Below are positions 61,272 to 64,000 of a stretch of 64,000 nt of DNA, piece by piece; position 1 is the stretch's first letter; every line of letters starts with the position of its first letter. This stretch comes from Octopus vulgaris (taxonomy: Eukaryota). The position numbers and the translations under genes were made by a program. The notes below the pieces were generated by a model. That model was not told where the DNA came from. It saw only the letters and a program-made list of their open reading frames with translations, and did not search any database. The stretch is from the NCBI GenBank assembly GCA_951406725.2, contig OX597820.1, positions 121,458,001 through 121,522,000 on the forward strand. The letters are read 5' to 3'.

Positions 61272-61273
<2 letters not shown>
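60564..61273. repeat. ~710-bp imperfect palindrome of Dong-related 3' ends
   Basis: Arms 60564-60883 and 60909-61273 are reverse complements (roughly 85-90% by eye); 25-nt loop. Confidence 0.9.
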
Positions 61274-61336
<63 letters not shown>

Positions 61337-61347
61337 CATCATCATCA

Positions 61348-61413
<66 letters not shown>

Positions 61414-61415
<2 letters not shown>

Positions 61416-62811
61416 TGTTTGACTTTTGCTTTACATTTGTACAAGTTGGCTCCAAGTCTCACCCAGAGACCTCAAGAGACAACAAGTTGGAAGTTCATGT
61501 TGTTGTTATGCCTATGTTGCCATATATTTAGTTTTGTACTTAGTGTTGTACTAGTGAATGCCTAAAGAACCATACGAAAATTATGTTTGTTTTAAAACTT
61601 GAGATTACATAGAAAGTATTTTGCGCAGGATATGAGCAGTTCCCATGAGCACTATCTTTTGAATTTCTGCCATTTTGGAGTTTCCTGGTATCTGAGTTAA
61701 GTAGCAATCAGCCCCTTTTGCTATCATTCCCTATGACAACAGGTATTGTTTTAGTCTTCAGGTTCCACATTTTGCTAATTTCTATTTCAAGATCTTTATA
61801 CTTGCTCAGTTTTTGGTAGGTCTTGACAGATACGTTTATATCGATTGGGACAGTCATATCAATGAGGAGGCATGTTCTTTGTCTGAAGTCTTTCAATATG
61901 ATGTCTGGCCTATTTCCACCTATCTTTCTATCAGTTTGTATGGTAAAGCTCCAGAGGAGTGAGATGTGGTCATTTTCAAGCACTGGAGGTGGTTTGTGTT
62001 CCCACCAGGTTTTTTTCATGGGGCATTTCCAGGTTTTTTGCAAATTACCTAGTGAATATATTCTGCAGCTCTATCATGCCTGTTGAGATACTCTGTAGGC
62101 GTAAGAAAACTGCACTTGGAGACAACATGATCAATGGTTTCATTTTGTTGTTGACATACACGACATGTTGGGCTACTACCGTTCTTTAATATGTTGGCCT
62201 GGTAGTTCCTTATAGGTAAGCATTGATCTTGAGCTGTTATGATAAACCCTTTTGTTTAAGATTTTAAGCCAGAGGCCATTAGCCATTGATGGATCAGGGC
62301 TTTGTCAACATCTGCATTATTCGCTCTCTTTGGATATTTGCCATTGAGAGGTTTTTCTTGCCATTTATCATTCAGAATATCTAAGGCAGCAGTTTTAGCA
62401 CGGGTTTTCATGCGCCTAGCTTTTTCTATGCTTGTTTCTTGTATGTCTAAATCCGAAATTTGTTGTATTCGGAATTCACTTAGATATTCCTTAACCTGTT
62501 TTGTTACTGAGTATGATGCTTTCTTGTTTTCACGTTTTGAGACAAGTTTTAACATCCAGTCCTCAGAGTTTTTCAGGTAGGTGTCTAGGCCAATTGTAGC
62601 AATCTTCATTGTTATTGCCAGTTGTAACAGTCCACGGCCTCCCTCTTTTCTTGGCAGATAGAGTCGTTCTATATCTGCCTTAGGGTGGTGCATTCTATGC
62701 ATTGTCAACAGTTTTCGTATTTTTCTGTCAAGATTACATATTTCAGTAATTGACCAGTTAACGATATTGAGGCTGTAAGTCACGACTGGTATGGCTAAAG
62801 CATTGATCGCT
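61414..62811 (-). mobile_element. R4/Dong-clade element, family 2, 5'-truncated, in (TAA)n
   Basis: AINALAIPVVTYS..HHPKADIERLYLPRKEGGRGL..WQEKPLNG; RPDIIL..LIDMTVP..KLSKYKDL. Distinct 3' UTR and clearly diverged from family 1. Confidence 0.92.
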
Positions 62812-62813
62812 TA

Positions 62814-62926
<113 letters not shown>

Positions 62927-63084
62927 ATTATTATTATTATTCCTGTCGAGGTCGATTTTGCTTTTATCATTTCAGGGTCGATTAGATAAGTACTTCCCTT
63001 AAATATTTAGGCCTTGTGCCCATCGTAGAAAAGATTATTTTGAGTATATCAAAACTACGTTACTCATTGTATTAATGTACTCAG

Positions 63085-63101
63085 AAGTAGCAGCAACAGC
63101 T

Positions 63102-63176
<75 letters not shown>

Positions 63177-63194
63177 ATGGTAGTGGTGGTGGTT

Positions 63195-63226
<32 letters not shown>

Positions 63227-63245
63227 GGTGGTGGTTGTGGTGGTG

Positions 63246-63293
<48 letters not shown>

Positions 63294-63365
63294 ATGGTGG
63301 TGGTGGTGGTTGTAGTAGTAGTGGTGGTGGTGGTGGTGGTGGTGGTGGTTGTGGTGGTGGTAGCG

Positions 63366-63418
<53 letters not shown>
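63085..63418. repeat. Compound (CAG)/(TAG)/(TGG) tract
   Basis: Directly visible. Confidence 0.95.
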
Positions 63419-63589
63419 TAAGTAGAGAAGTGACAAATTTGTTGTAATGTTTGTTCTGTTGGTATTAGTATTGTTGTTATTGCTAATCGGTCTCTTCCTA
63501 CAGCTGAGGAGGAATTGTGATCTCGTTTTCACTCCATATTAGTATATCCTGTTCTCAAATATCTAATGTGCCTTACAATGGGACGTTGA

Positions 63590-63745
63590 AGGCGGCGCTG
63601 CTGATAGAAACGTTGGCGGCATTTTTTCCGACTTTACGTTCTGGGTTCATATTCCGCCGAGGTCAACTTTACTTTGCAGCCTTTAGAGATTGATAAAACA
63701 AGTACCAGTTGAGTACTGAGGTCGATATTATCAACTCACCTCACT
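63590..63745 (+). mobile_element. Diverged SINE family B-related copy
   Basis: GGCGGCG..GATAGAAACGTT..GGGTTCATATTCCGCCGAGGTCAACTTT..GATAAAACAAGTACCAG; further fragments near 36890, 54410, 62940. Confidence 0.75.
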
Positions 63746-64000
63746 GACCATTTGCCAAAATTGGAAACCATTATCAAGGGAGGTTTGTCTATCATTTTTA
63801 GCTTCTCGTGTGTCTACTTAGAATTTCATTTGTTAGCTTCATGCTGATGAGGTTGATGATGATGATGATGAGAGTGGTAGGTGTTTTGGGGAAATGGTAA
63901 CAGTACGGGTAGGGTTTGTAATAGTTATAGAGATAGTGGTGGAGCTTCTTATTTCTTAGTACACGGAAAAAATACGAAATATAATCTTTGAGAAGCAAAA

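Overview
AT-rich, microsatellite-saturated eukaryotic DNA with no intact long protein-coding gene; nearly all ORFs in the track are simple-repeat artefacts. The SINE families and repeat density suggest an invertebrate, most likely an octopod cephalopod (inference). The window is a stack of nested transposable elements. It contains a Penelope-like element (RT thumb + GIY-YIG) followed by a hammerhead-like motif, and two Tx1/L1-clade LINE relics, each interrupted by a SINE with clear target-site duplications. There are four 5'-truncated R4/Dong-clade restriction-like-endonuclease retrotransposons sitting in (TAA)n tracts, about 15 tRNA-derived SINE copies with shuffled modules, Tc1 and maT transposase relics, an RTE relic, and MITEs (one family carries TTAGGG repeats). 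Most notable: (1) a compact hairpin at 39256-39393 that encodes a type I hammerhead ribozyme on each strand; (2) a ~710-bp palindrome built from Dong 3' ends whose loop encodes the last ORF codons; (3) a SINE whose tail matches the Tx1-like LINE it sits in; (4) a recurring one-base homopolymer contraction behind the frameshifts I traced in the Penelope ORF and family-1 Dong copies; (5) a few candidate exons of a minus-strand host gene. All alignments and folds were done by eye.
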